Positions 11,801-24,500 of a stretch of DNA of 64,000 nt are shown in pieces (positions within the stretch are counted from its first letter, which is position 1; each line of letters begins with the position of its first letter). The stretch comes from Candidatus Latescibacterota bacterium (lineage in GTDB: Bacteria; Latescibacterota; UBA2968; GCA-2709665). Position numbers and translations under genes: made by a program. The notes beneath the pieces are model-generated. The model saw nothing but the letters and a program-made list of their open reading frames with translations. It was not told the origin of the DNA and ran no database searches. The DNA is taken from contig OZ252100.1 of NCBI GenBank assembly GCA_965248435.1, positions 3,328,001 through 3,392,000 of the forward strand. Reading direction: 5' to 3'.

Positions 11801-14800
11801 CTGGACGTGAACGCCTATCGGGCAGAGGTTTGGGATTATCTGACTGCGAATGGCGTAGCGACGCCCACGGGCAACGACACGTTCAACATTCACAGCACCG
11901 CCAACCGGGTAGACGGCATCCAGGCAAACCTGACGCTGGACGGCCAGACGTCATCGGGCGACCTCGTGTTCGTGTCTCACACAGGAGACGGGAGCGATAA
12001 CGCCGCGACACTCACCGACGCGACGCTGACCGGCCTCGGGATGACGGGTGCCATACACTATAATAATGTAGAGATCCTGCAGATCGACCTGGGCAGCGGC
12101 GCGAACGAGGTGAACGTACAGAGCACTTCCGCGATTACAACCACGACGCTGAACACGAACGGCGGGGCCGACACGATCAACGTGGGGAGTCTGGCCCCCA
12201 CGGCGGGCGGCGTGGCCGACTTCATCAGCGGACGGCTGACGATCAACGCGGGCGGGGCGTCAGATACGCTGAACGTCTACGACTCCGGCGATGCGGGCGG
12301 CAACCACGGAAAGCTGACGTCGAGCCGGATCACCGGGCTGGGGATGGGTGTGCCCGAGGGCAATGGCTCAGGCCTTGACGACGGCACCCGCGGTATTACT
12401 TACAACTCCGTTCAGGATCTGAACCTGTTCTTGGGCTCGGGTGGGGATACGTTCACGATCGCGTCGACCCACGGCAGCCCGACGTTTCTGAGCACCGGCG
12501 GTGGAGCCGATGTCGTCAACGTTCAGACGATCGCTCAGTCGACGACGGTGGAGACGGATGGAGGTACCGACACCATCAACGTCGGCAGCGTTGCTCCCAC
12601 CAACGGCGGTACGGTCAACGGCGTCACCGGTCTGCTGACGCTCACCGGCGGCGGCCAGGTCGATACCATTAATGTGTACGACTCCGGCGAGGGGGCACCG
12701 AACACGGATGGTGTGCTGACGAATACGAACCTGACCGGCCTGGGCATGAGCCTGGGGATCGCCTACACCTCTGAGAACCTCAACATCCACCTCGGTTCGG
12801 GTGCAGACATCTTCACCATCAACAGCACCCACGCCGGGAGTACGACGCTGGCTGCCAATGGCGGGGCTGACCGCATCGACATCTTCGGATCCTCGGGGAC
12901 CGTTTCGGTGAGCGGCGGCGCCGCCGGCGATACGTTCAACGTCTACAATACGGCGGCGTCGACGCTGCTCCTGGAAGGTAATGCCGCCGGCGACACGTTC
13001 AACGTTCAGGCAATGGCGGGGATCGTGACGCTGCGTGGCGGGGCTGGTTCGGACCATACGAACGTCGGCAGCAACGCTCCTGGGGTAGTCGGCAACGTCG
13101 ACGCGATTGCGGGTCTGTTGGTTGTGGAAGGCGGCGGTGCCACGGACGATCTGAACGTGGATGACACCGGCGACGGCGACGGCGTTCTGGGACAACTTTC
13201 GTCGACGCGTCTCACCGGGCTGGGCATGGGCGGCGGGGACGCCGATGCGGCGCTTCTGAACGACGCCGCACACGGCATCACCTATTCAGCACTGGAGGCG
13301 GTCTCCATCGGACTGGGTTCGGGCGCCGACGTCTTCACGGTTCTCAGTACGCACGCTGGTAGTACCAATCTGGCTACAGGAGCCAATGTCGACGAGATCA
13401 ACGTGGAGACGATTTCGGGCCTGACGACGATCGACGGCCAGGGGGAAGCCGACACCGTGAACGTCGGCCGGACCTTTGGCGGCGGCGAGACGGTGAACGG
13501 CATCCAGGCGGCACTGATCCTGGGAGGCGGTGGTGGGGGTGCGAGCGACACGCTGAACGTGAGCGAGGCTGGAGAAGCGGCCGTCGCCACAGCTTCGGGC
13601 GAACTGACGGCGACAACCCTGACCGGCCTGGGCATGGCGGCCGCCGGCATCACCTACGGCACGTTCGAAGACCTGAACATCACGCTGGGTGAGGGCGGCG
13701 ACGACTTCACCGTGAGCAGCACCCACTCCGGCACAACGCAGCTCCAGACCGCAGGTGGATTCGATGACATCCGGGTCAAGACGATCGACGGGGCGACGAC
13801 GATCCTGGCCGGCGCCGGCGCAGACGACGTGATCGTTGCGAATAACACCGACCTGGTAGACGACATCGGCGGGCTCCTCGAGATCCAGGGCGAGGGCGGC
13901 GCCGATACGCTCAGGGTCGACGACAGCGGCGATAACGCCGGGACCGCGAAGCTGACGTTGTTCGGCCACGGCAGCGGGAACACAGGCACGCTGACGCCGA
14001 CGCAGATCACCGGCCTCGACATGGGCGGCAGTATCACCTACGGATCGGTCGAGTTCCTGGACATCCTGCTGGGCACCGGGGACGATCATTTCACGATCGT
14101 AGACACGCACGCCGAGACGACGACGCTCGACGCCGGTGCGGGCGATGACATTATCGACGCGCTCGACAACAGCGGGATGACGACGATCCTGGGCAACGCG
14201 GACGGTGATGTGGTCAACGTCGACACGCTGTCCACACTGGTCTCGAGCGACGAAAACGGCGACCGCAACACCCTGAGCATCGACGGTGAAACCGGCAACG
14301 ACACGATCCACATCCAGCTCACCGGACAGGGTGACTACGTGATCAACGCCACCGACTCCGGAGGAGACTTAGGTGACACGATCACGGTGGAGGGCACCGC
14401 GGCCGCCGATAAGATGCTGCTGCGGAAGAACTTCCTGGCCCTGCTGAACTCGTCCGACGAAGACGCCAACACCATCGCCGACGTGGAGCGGATCAATTAC
14501 GACGGCACGTTCGACGGCATCAGCCACACCGAGCAGGAGGTCATCGGTTTCCAGTTTGTCGTGCGGACAGTCACCATCCGGACCTTCTTCGGTTCCTTCA
14601 CTATTCCGTATGTTGACAGGGTGCCGGTGTTCGCAGACGTCGAAGTGATCGACGGCTACGGTCTGACCATCCTCGGAAACGCCGGCGAGGATTCTTTCTA
14701 TCTAGACGACAACGCGACCTCGACGCAGATCAAGGGTGGGGCCGATAAGGACACCTTCCAGATCGGCCAGATCTTCAACTCGGACCGCACTGTGAGCGAC

Positions 14801-15547
14801 GGCACGGGGAATCCCAGCACCGATTCAGGGATTGCCCCGGGTGACGAGATCTTCACGGTCCTGACGACCCGCGGCTACCTCAGCCGCGGAAACAGCTTCC
14901 GCACGGCGATCGAAGGGAACGCCGGGAACGACGAGTTTGTCGTTTACCACAACAAGAGTATCCTCGACCTGGACGGCAACGCCGGCGACGACCGATTCAC
15001 GGTCCGTGCATTCGCCCTGGTGAACGAGAATGAAGCGGCCCAGGCCATCACGAACCTGAGGGCGGGCGCCGGCCTGGACTACGTCGAATACACCGAGAAC
15101 GCGCTCGTCAACATCGACGGCGGCGACGGCAACGATACGCTCGTCATCATCGGTACCGAATTCGGTGACGCCTATGTGGTCCAGGCTGACCGGATCGTGG
15201 GAGCCGGCACGAACGTTTCTTACGAAGACATCGAAATCATTACCGTCGACGGCGCCGAGGGGAACGATTTCTTCTATATCGACAGTCTGAACGCGGGCGT
15301 CACAGCCACGGTCTTCGGCGGTTTGGGGAGCGACACGTTCGTTATCGGCGGTGAGGCCATCGACGTCGACACGGGCGAAGAAGATGTGAACCTGGGATTT
15401 GCCGCAGACCTGGCCAGGATTCAGGGTACGCTCAACCTCGTGGCGGGAACCACCGGGTCTTCCGTGGCCATCGTCGAGGCCGTGATGCTGCCAACGGAGA
15501 GCCAGGCGGCGACCCCTCCACCGAATCCGAACCCGAACTTCAGTTGA
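8861..15547 (+). CDS. Giant RTX-like protein, segment 2 (between two frameshifts)
   Basis: Continues segment 1 (ILVVDRT / EGGGITNGVSFPAEFRGGKGND); GxGxDT repeats and recurrent LTxxxLTGLGM units. Confidence 0.85.
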   Translation: MTGQAEGGGITNGVSFPAEFRGGKGNDYFEVNHNIAEISLYGEDGDDVFFLKAHLTTEPADNDDLQPQEDIDVFSEEGERDVLAYVNNAPVNIHGGAGFDTLVIVGTSISDTFTIFVEEVNGIEVQRIFGAGLTVPNITGIERLLIVAGGGDDIINVYGTLADQEISVNTGGGNDTVFLGGNEINFDITIPESKYTKVETVERPNIVIPNPPIIIPGFPYYSTHYYFSFNFFGRRSWSYRIWHWAPAIVIPIPDTIIPQEPLEIPRVVTVPEFTLPVFVPETRQLVGLQGPVFVDGQDTGPILNPDGTVLLSAGDDTLVVDNRYGTPQAPGSLVKIEVEVAKINQVDPVDLAEELEAELGFAPTQAQIDTRETQRIADVASAKAILAVTAPAGVDEETVYGQVVDHLQDQNRVRQPGILDAMVAAPAGTTAVTLTDSAKIADHTTTNAFVSDLSAEFSTNVSQGKWVDASDEANPQDIFFNITASYINTYHLLFPNGVFSFTAGGRNLEAEVISDLGGNIIQINVYTVDKVTFDLGNDFVKSKFVDDESTRTYDTISGFGSTFGVFYQNFTAVDVQLSSQVDVLEVIDTAGTDQKPTVTRIFAGGGGDTVNVRAAGGTTNIFGDVSPTYNEDFRVHAGSTTPAHLKSAQNAVTLGNLLGLGATFDHENSTHVRAVAQQLLNRGVSLVDLDGSAITLTSDITDVVNFDSDAYHAQIWILLKAHLNDLQGNTGSYKDFLDDLGPFGSEFSTNLATLVSGFNATDVSNLDVGDLKALATAVNNKGYTTTVSIKTASTVGQLNNSLDAFADEVWDTLKDLTTNASPFVATTGDWRSHLASVGSALGISGSFNTSSLSHLQTLAKEVNSRQFQATVSIDTSDESTTSATFDRLDTDLEFTFQTFVWRLLKENLIHTGGSAYNPLADVEQVPNEYRNYLLQLNAALGQSGTFNPNSVIHLKTLGTALNNEFPALQIDVAGIQLVPSLDVNAYRAEVWDYLTANGVATPTGNDTFNIHSTANRVDGIQANLTLDGQTSSGDLVFVSHTGDGSDNAATLTDATLTGLGMTGAIHYNNVEILQIDLGSGANEVNVQSTSAITTTTLNTNGGADTINVGSLAPTAGGVADFISGRLTINAGGASDTLNVYDSGDAGGNHGKLTSSRITGLGMGVPEGNGSGLDDGTRGITYNSVQDLNLFLGSGGDTFTIASTHGSPTFLSTGGGADVVNVQTIAQSTTVETDGGTDTINVGSVAPTNGGTVNGVTGLLTLTGGGQVDTINVYDSGEGAPNTDGVLTNTNLTGLGMSLGIAYTSENLNIHLGSGADIFTINSTHAGSTTLAANGGADRIDIFGSSGTVSVSGGAAGDTFNVYNTAASTLLLEGNAAGDTFNVQAMAGIVTLRGGAGSDHTNVGSNAPGVVGNVDAIAGLLVVEGGGATDDLNVDDTGDGDGVLGQLSSTRLTGLGMGGGDADAALLNDAAHGITYSALEAVSIGLGSGADVFTVLSTHAGSTNLATGANVDEINVETISGLTTIDGQGEADTVNVGRTFGGGETVNGIQAALILGGGGGGASDTLNVSEAGEAAVATASGELTATTLTGLGMAAAGITYGTFEDLNITLGEGGDDFTVSSTHSGTTQLQTAGGFDDIRVKTIDGATTILAGAGADDVIVANNTDLVDDIGGLLEIQGEGGADTLRVDDSGDNAGTAKLTLFGHGSGNTGTLTPTQITGLDMGGSITYGSVEFLDILLGTGDDHFTIVDTHAETTTLDAGAGDDIIDALDNSGMTTILGNADGDVVNVDTLSTLVSSDENGDRNTLSIDGETGNDTIHIQLTGQGDYVINATDSGGDLGDTITVEGTAAADKMLLRKNFLALLNSSDEDANTIADVERINYDGTFDGISHTEQEVIGFQFVVRTVTIRTFFGSFTIPYVDRVPVFADVEVIDGYGLTILGNAGEDSFYLDDNATSTQIKGGADKDTFQIGQIFNSDRTVSDGTGNPSTDSGIAPGDEIFTVLTTRGYLSRGNSFRTAIEGNAGNDEFVVYHNKSILDLDGNAGDDRFTVRAFALVNENEAAQAITNLRAGAGLDYVEYTENALVNIDGGDGNDTLVIIGTEFGDAYVVQADRIVGAGTNVSYEDIEIITVDGAEGNDFFYIDSLNAGVTATVFGGLGSDTFVIGGEAIDVDTGEEDVNLGFAADLARIQGTLNLVAGTTGSSVAIVEAVMLPTESQAATPPPNPNPNFS

Positions 15548-18500
15548 TGAGGACGATCAGGTCGACCTTCTCACCATCGCCAACGACGGCAGCAGCCGCG
15601 ACGACGATGACGGGCTGCTGACGGCTCACCGGCTCACCGGACTGGGGATGGGCGCGGGGTATATCGACTACATCGAGTTCGAGCATTTCAACATGACGAT
15701 GGGATCGGGCAGCGAAACGCTGACGATCGAGTCGACGCACGCGGGGGCGACGAATATCGACGCTGCCGATGGCGGCGACACGTTCAACGTCGAGACGATC
15801 AGTGGACACACGACGCTGGAGTTGGGCACCGGCGCCGATGAGGTAAACGTGTCGAACGACGCGGGGACGGTGGATTCGATCGGGGCCCTGCTGACGGTGT
15901 CTGGAGACGCCGGCGGTGACACGATCAACATCCTGGACGGCGGCGAGGCCGGTGACAACCTCGGTACGCTGACGGAGTCGACGTTGATCGGACTGGACAT
16001 GACGGCAGAAGCCGACGTCAACCACGTCCAGACGATCACGGTGGATCCTCTGGGAGGCGACTTTACGGTTCAGATGATCGACCAGACCACGGGGCAGGCC
16101 TTCGTCCAGCTGGAAGACGTGGATGACGAACTGGTTCCGGTTCTGGATGCCAACGGAAACCCGATAGACTCCGTGACGCTCGCAGCGGATGCGACCGAAG
16201 AGGAGATCCGTATCGCCCTGCAGGAGTTCCTGGGCGGGTTCCTGACGGTCGTGTTCAACGGCGTGCCGCTTTCCGCGTTCACCGAAAACGTGAACGTGAG
16301 GCGATTCGGGGACGTGATCGTCGTGCGGCTGGAAGGCGCCTTCCGGGGTGCCGAAGGCCAGAACGTCCGGTTCGTGTCTGCGGACACTCACGTTCAGATC
16401 GCGACGCGCAACGAGGGCATCAATTACTACGGTATTGAAACACTGAATCTGGATCTGGGATCGGGCGACGATCGCCTGAACATTCAGGGAACGTCAGCAG
16501 TCACAAACGTGGACGCCGGCGCGGGCGACGACCTGATCTACGTGTCGTCCGGCGCCAACTTGGGGCTGCTGGGTACGTACGCAGCGGCCGACGGCAGTCT
16601 GGAAAACCTGCACGACGCCGTCCTGCACGGCGACCGGCTCGATCCGGTTTCCGGCGACCTGTTCCAGGCGGGCGGAACGCTCGACTTCGTATCGGGCGAC
16701 CTGAATATCGATGCCGGCGCGGGGGAGAACACGCTGAGCCTCAGCGACCGGCACGACCCGGATGCGGACACGGCCGTTACGGTTACAGACTCGTCTATCA
16801 CCGGACTGGCGGACGGCGACATCACTTACGGAGCGACAACCGGATCGTTCTCCGGTCAGGGCACCTGGGCGCAGTCAGGCGACTGGGGACTGTTCGGGAT
16901 CGGGATCTCCGTCTACGCCGGTTCAGGAAACAACACGATCGACATCACGAGCGTTTCCGATTCGGGGATCGTGAATGCGCCGTTCAGCCGGACGGTTACA
17001 CAGGTGTTTGCCGGCGGTGGTTCCGACACGGTGAACGTCGCCGTGACCGAATCGCTTGGCCGGTACCTTGTGGTCCAGGGCGAGGCGGGGAATGACACGA
17101 TCGACGCAAGCCTGTCGACGGTGCCGGTCGTGCTGTTCGGTAACGAAGGTGGCGACACGCTCACAGGCGGACCGATGAGCGATCTGCTCTTCGGTGACAG
17201 CGGTCGGATCACGTTTATCCGGCCGACCAGCGCGGGCCCAGGGCTCGACGTCGTGTTGGGCGCGCCTGCAGACGCCAGCGATCTGGCGGGACTGAGCTTC
17301 GACGACGATTCTTCCACCGCCGACCTGTTCGTGAGCGTACTGGGCGATTCGGACAACGTCGACAGGATCATCGCTGCCGGCGGAAACGACGTGGTCGTGG
17401 GCGGAGGGAACGATGGGGCTGACATCAACGACCTGCTGGACGTGGAGGAGATCGACGCCGGCGAGGGCGATAACACCGTCCTGGGCGACAGCGGTCTGAT
17501 TCACCTGGTCAACGCACTTCTGACGGAAATCCGCAGCTTCGACGCAGCCGACGGCGGCCGTGACGATATAACGGCCGGCAGTGGGTTCGACGTGGTGATC
17601 GGCGGCGCCGGCGCAGACAAGCTCACCGCTGGCGAGGGCAGCAACATCATCGTTGGCGACAGCGGTCGAGCTGTCTTGACTGCCAATCAGCTGGAGTTGG
17701 TCGAGAGCATCGAGCCTGCGGTCGGCGGAAGTGATACGATTACCACAGGTACTGGATCAGACTATATCATCGGCGGCGCGGACGGCGATGTCATCACGAC
17801 GAACGACGGTCTCAAGGTGATTGTGGGCGACGGCGGGCGCGTGGTGCTGGACGGCACGGACATCGCCCTCGTCGAGACGATCTCTCCGGGCGTGGGCGGC
17901 GTCGACACGATTACGACGATGGGCACGACCGCCCGGAACATCGCGATCGGTGGTGCGTTGGGCGATTTGATCACGTTGAGCAACGGTGACAACACGGTCG
18001 TGGGTGACGACGGACGGGCCGTGTTCCAGGGCGGGATCCTGACGCTCGTAGAGAGCATCGTCACTGTGGACGCGAACGGTCTGGTCCAGACCGGCGGTGT
18101 CGACACGATTACGGGCGGCGCAGGCCCGGACAACATCATCGGCGGTCAGGCCGGAGACATCATCCAGGCCGGCAACGGTCGGAACATCGTGATGGGCGAC
18201 AGCGGCCGGTTCCTGTATGAGCTCGACGGCGACCTGTCGCTGGCCGAGACCGACTTTTCCAGCGACGGCGGCATCGATGACATCGATTCGGGCAGCGGAA
18301 ACGATGTGCTGCTCGGCGGCGCGGCCGGGGACCTCCTGGATGCCGCAGGCGGTGACAACGTGGTGTTGGGCGACAGCGGCCGGATCACCTTCCTGGACGG
18401 GATCGTGGACGATGTGGCGAGCGTCGACGAAGGTGTCGGCGGCGTGGATTACATCGATACGAGCGGTACGGGGCGCGATGTGATCGTGGGTGGGGCGGCC

Positions 18501-21500
18501 GGTGACTTCATTAACACGGGCGACGGGCAGAAGGTGGTGCTGGGCGACAGCGGCGTGATCGATCTGGTTCCGACGGTGGTGAACGGCGAGCAGGCGATCG
18601 TCTCAGTCGCGTCGACCGCGCAGGGTGTGGGTGGTGTAGACCGGATCACGACGTCGGGCACGACCTTCCGCAACATCGTGATCGGCGGTGCCTTTGGCGA
18701 CTTCATTACCGTCGGCAACGGCGAGAACACGGTGCTGGGCGACGAAGGCCGGGCGGTGTTCCTGAACAACATCCTGTCCATCGTCGAAAGCATCGTGACG
18801 CTGGACGGCAACAACGTTCCGATTCAGAACGGTGGAGTGGACGAAATCACTGGCGGCGAGGGTGCCGACAACATCATCGGCGGCCAAGCCGCTGACACGA
18901 TTCTGGCCGGCAACGGCCGAAACATAGTGATGGGCGACAGCGGGTCGTTCACCTACGAGGTGGACGGCGACTTGGCGATCGCCGAGACGGTCCACTCGGC
19001 GGACGGCGGGGTGGACACGATCACCTCTGGCACAGGCAGTGATGTGCTGCTGGGTGGCGCGGTCGGCGATATGCTGGAGGCTGGCGAGGGCGACAACGTC
19101 GTGCTGGGCGACAGCGGCCGGATCACGTTCCTGGACGGGATCGTGGACGACGTGGTGAGCGTGGATGAGGGGATCGGCGGGCAGGACGACATCGACACAA
19201 CAGGCACGGGCCGGGACGTGATCGTGGGAGGTGCGGATGATGATACGATCCACACGGGCGACGGTCAGAAGGTGATCCTGGGCGACAGCGGCTCGATCGA
19301 TCTGGATCCTTTCGTGATGAACGGCGAGCAGGATCTGATATCGATCCGGACGACCGCTCCGGGTGTCGGCGGTGTCGATACGATTACCTCCGGCGCCGGA
19401 ACGAACACGATCCTGGGCGGCCCTGACGGCGACATCATCAACGCCGGCAGCCTCGGTGACAACGTGGTTCTTGGCGACAACGGCGAGGCGTTCTGGGTGA
19501 ACGGCATCCTGGATCTGATCCGCAGTACCGATGAAGGGGACGGCGGCATCGATGTGATCATAGCGGGCTCGGGCGCCGACAAGATCATCGGCGGCCAGGA
19601 CGCCGACCAGATTGTCGCAGGCGCTGGCGACAACTTCGTGATCGGGGACAGCGGCGAACTCGACTTCGATGCAGCTGGAATCCTCGCTACAGCCAGGACG
19701 ACGGCACCTGGGATTGGCGGTGTGGATGATATCACGACCGGCCCCGACGACGACGTCCTGTTCGGCGGAGCGTCGGGTGACACGATCGGCGCCGGCGACG
19801 GCCACAACGTGGTGTTCGGTGACGAGGGTATCGCGACGTTCACGGGCGGCATCCTTTTGAGGATCGAGAGTGTCGTCACCCTGGACGCCGGCGGTGTGAC
19901 TCAGACCGGCGGCATAGACACGATTACGACAGGCGCGGGACGGGACGACGTGGTGGGCGGTCAGGCCGGCGACGTGATCACCGTATCGGATGGTGAGAAC
20001 GTGGTGCTGGGAGACAGCGGTGTGCTGGACTATGTAGGCGGCGTGCTCGTTTTTGCGGACACGACAGAGCCAGGGGACGGCGGCGTGGACGTTATCACGT
20101 CGGGCGTGGATCGCGACGTCGTGTTCGGTGGGACGGCAGGCGACACGATCAACGCGAATGCCGGAGACAACGTCCTCGTGGGCGATGACGGCGAAGTCAC
20201 ATTCACGGCTGCCGGCGCATTGGATCTGATCGAAAGCACGGAGTTCTCCGACGGCGACGTTGATACGATTACCTCCCTGGGCGGGGCCGACCACATCATC
20301 GGCGGGCATGAGGGCGACATCATCGATGCGGGAGACGGATGGAACGTCGTCGCAGGTGACAGTGCCAGAGTAGATTACGAAGCCGGCACGCTGGTGAGGA
20401 TCGAGACGCTTGCCTCGCTGATCGGCGGCGTGGATACGATCATGACCGGGCTCGGCTCCGACGTCGTTTTGGGTGGAATCGGTGGCGATTTGATCACGGT
20501 CAACGTCGGCGAGACAGCCGCCCAGCCGGACAGTTCCAATGTGGTGGTGGGCGACAGCGGTTCCATCGACTATACGTCGGATGATGCAGATGCTTCCGAT
20601 ATTGACGAAATCCTCTCGACCGAAACGGGCGACGGTGGCTCAGATACGATCACGACAGGCGCGGGCAGCGACATCGTGATCGGCGGGGCAGCGGGCGATG
20701 TGATTGTGGCGGGTGCCGGCGACAATGTCGTGTTCGGCGACAGTGCCCGGATTCTTGCGGCGACGCAGGACCTCTCCACGACACTTCCGATCACTGCTGG
20801 ACTCCTCGAGACGATCACGCCGGGTGTGGGCGGGATCGATCAGATCACGACGCTGGGCGGCCGGGACATCGTCCTCGGCGGTCACGAGGGCGACACGATC
20901 AACGCGGGCGAGGGCGACAACATCGTGCTCGGTGACGACGGACGAATCGACACCGTCCGCGGCGAGCGCAGCCCACTGGACGACGGCGCGGATACGGATG
21001 CGTCGGACATCGACCTGATCGAGAGCACATCGACGACGGCTGCGGGCGGGATTGATATCATCACCACCGGCGCTGGAAACGACCTGATGATCGGCGGGCG
21101 GTTCGGCGATACGATCACTGCGGGCGCAGGAGACAATCTGGTCGTCGGCGACAGTGCCCGGATGACTTCCGCATCTGCGGACGCGCCTCAGCTCCTCGGC
21201 CTTTCGATCACGTTTGGACTCGTAGAGACGATCGCGTTCGGCGACGGAGGCGTGGACATCATCACGACCTTGTTCGGACGTGACATCCTCTTTGGCGGTC
21301 ACGAGGGCGATGTGATCAACGCCGGTGAAGGCGCGAATATCGTCGTCGGCGATGACGGCTTGATCGACTATGTGCGTGGGGAACGTTCGGCCGTCGGTAC
21401 GCCTGGAGCAGATCTGGACGCGTCGGACATCGACCTGATCCAGAGCACATCCACGATAGCTGCGGGCGGTGTGGACGTTATCGACACGGGCGTAAACGAC

Positions 21501-24500
21501 GATATCGTGTTCGGCGGGCGGTTCGGAGACACGCTCCGCGCAGGCGAAGGCAGGAACCTCGTCTTTGGCGACAGCGGCCAGATCACGGCCGCGAACCTCG
21601 GCACACCTCAATACGCGGGCCATGCCCTGACCTTCGGGCTTCTCGAGACGATCGAGCCGTCTGATGGTGGCGTGGATGCGATCACGAGCGGCTCGGGCAC
21701 AGACATCGCCCTGGGCGGCCACGACGGCGATACGATCAACGCGGGTGAAGGTGACAACCTGGTGGTCGGAGACGACGGTTTTGTGGACTTCACACGGGCG
21801 GATCGCGGACTGGGCGGCGATGCCGATGCGGCAGACATCGACTTGATCGAGAGCACGTCAACGACCTTCAACGGTGGTGTCGACGTCATCAATACAGGAG
21901 CAGGGAACGATCTCGTGATCGGCGGCCGGTTGGGCGACACGATCACGTCGGGTGCGGGGGACAACGTGGTGATCGGCGACAGCGGGCGGATCGTGTCGGC
22001 CGTGGCAGATCTGCCGCGATTGACGGATCACCTGTTCACGCTGGGGTTGGTCGAGACGATCGCGTTCGACGACGGCGGCATCGACTTGATTACTGTCCTC
22101 GGTGGCATGGATGTGGTGCTGGGTGGTGACGAGGGCGACACGATCGACGCCGGTGAAGGCGCTAACGTGGTGCTGGGTGACGACGGTTCGGTCGATTACG
22201 ACCTGGACGGCAACCCGGCCGACATCGACGAGATCACGAGTCTTTCGACGACGCTGGGCGGCGGTGCGGATGTCATCGATACAGGTTCTGGCAGCGATGT
22301 GGTGATCGGTGGGCGATTCGCCGATGACATCGAGGCACGTGCCGGCGACAATGTGGTGATCGGTGACAGTGGCCGGATCGTGTCGGCTGTTGCTGACGCC
22401 CCTCAGTTGGTTGGTCTACCGATGACGCTGGGTCTGATCGAGACGATCGCGTTCGGTGACGGAGGCGTGGACATCATCTCGACGCTGACGGGTCGCGACA
22501 TCGTGTTGGGCGGTGACGAGGGCGACACGATCGACGCGGGTGAGGGTGATAACGTGGTGCTGGGCGACGACGGTTTGGTCGACTACGATCTGGACGGCAA
22601 TCCGGCCGACATCGACGAGATCACGAGCCTTTCGACGACGCTGGGTGGCGGTGCGGATTTCATCGATACGGGTTCCGGCAGCGATGTGGTGATCGGCGGC
22701 CGATTCGCCGATAACATCGAGGCACGTGCCGGCGACAATGTGGTGATCGGTGACAGCGGTCGGATCGTGTCGGCTGTGTCGGATGCCCTTCAGCAGCTTT
22801 CCGGTCTTTCGATGACGCTGGGTCTGATCGAGACGATCGCGTTCGGTGACGGAGGCGTGGACATCATCACGACCTTGTTCGGACGTGACATCGTCTTTGG
22901 CGGTCACGAGGGCGATGTGATCAACGCCGGTGACGGCGCGAATATCGTCGTCGGCGATGACGGCTTGATCGACTATGTGCGTGGGGAACGCTCGGCCGTC
23001 GGTACGCCTGGAGCAGATCTGGACGCGTCGGACATCGACCTGATCCAGAGCACATCCACGATAGCTGCGGGCGGTGTGGACGTCATCGACACCGGCGTTG
23101 ACGACGACATCGTGCTCGGCGGGCGGTTCGGAGATACGCTTCGCGTGGGCGAGGGTAGGAATCTTGTGTTTGGCGACAGCGGCCAGATCACGGCTGCGAA
23201 CGCTGGCGCGCCTCAATACGCGGGTCACGTCGTGACCTTCGGGCTTCTCGAGACGATCGAGCCGTCGGATGGCGGTGCGGATATGATCACGAGCGGGTCG
23301 GGCACGGACATCGCACTGGGCGGCCAGGACGGGGATACGATCGACGCGGGCGAAGGTGATAACCTGGTGGTCGGGGACGACGGTTTTGTGGACTTCACGC
23401 GTGCGGATCGTAGTCTGGGCGGCGACGCCGATGCGTCGGACATCGACCTGATCGAGAGCACGTCCACGACGTTGAACGGCGGCGTCGACATCATCGATAC
23501 CGGAGCGGGGAACGACCTGGTGATCGGCGGCCGATTGGGCGACACGATCAGGTCCGGTGCTGGCGACAACGTGGTGATCGGCGACAGCGGCCGGATCGTG
23601 TCGGCGGTGGCGGATCTGCCGCGATTGACGGATCACCTGTTTACGCTGGGTCTGGTCGAGACGACCGCGTTTGACGACGGCGGGATCGACACCATTACCA
23701 CGCTGGGCGGCAGGGATGTGGTGCTGGGCGGTGACGAGGGAGACACGATCGACGCGGGTGAGGGCGCCAACGTGGTGCTGGGTGACGACGGATCGGTGAA
23801 TTACGATCTGGACGGCAACCCGGCCGACATCGACGAGATCACGAGTCTTTCGACGACGCTGGGCGGCGGTGCGGATGTCATCGACACGGGTTCCGGCAGC
23901 GACGTGGTGATCGGCGGGCGGTTCGCCGATGACATCGAGGCGCGTGCCGGCGACAATCTGGTGATCGGCGACAGCGGTCGGATCGTGTCGGCCGTCTCAG
24001 ACGCCCTTCAGCAGCTTTCCGGCCTTCCGATGACGCTGGGTCTGATCGAGACGATCGCGTTTGGTGACGGGGGCGTGGACATCATCACGACCTTGACCGG
24101 CCGGGACATCGTCTTCGGCGGTCACGAGGGAGATGCGGTCGACGCCGGGGACGGCGCGAATATCGTCGTGGGTGATGACGGTCTGATCGACTACGTGCGC
24201 GGGGAACGTGCGGCCGCTGGCACACCTGGAGCAGATCTGGATGCATCAGATATCGACCTGATCCAGAGCACGTCCACGACTGCGGCGGGCGGTGTGGACG
24301 TCATCGACACCGGCGCCGGGAACGACATCGTGTTCGGCGGGCGGTTCGGAGACACGCTCCGCGCGGGCGAGGGTAGGAATCTTGTGTTTGGCGACAGTGG
24401 CCAGATCACGGCCGCGAACACTGGCGCGCCTCAATACGCGGGTCACGTCCTGACCTTCGGGCTTCTCGAGACGGTCGAGGCGTCTGACGGTGGCGCGGAT

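Noticed and set aside
15545-15550. Readthrough at TGA TGA ending segment 2
   Set aside because: Double stop; the repeat pattern continues in the +1 frame.
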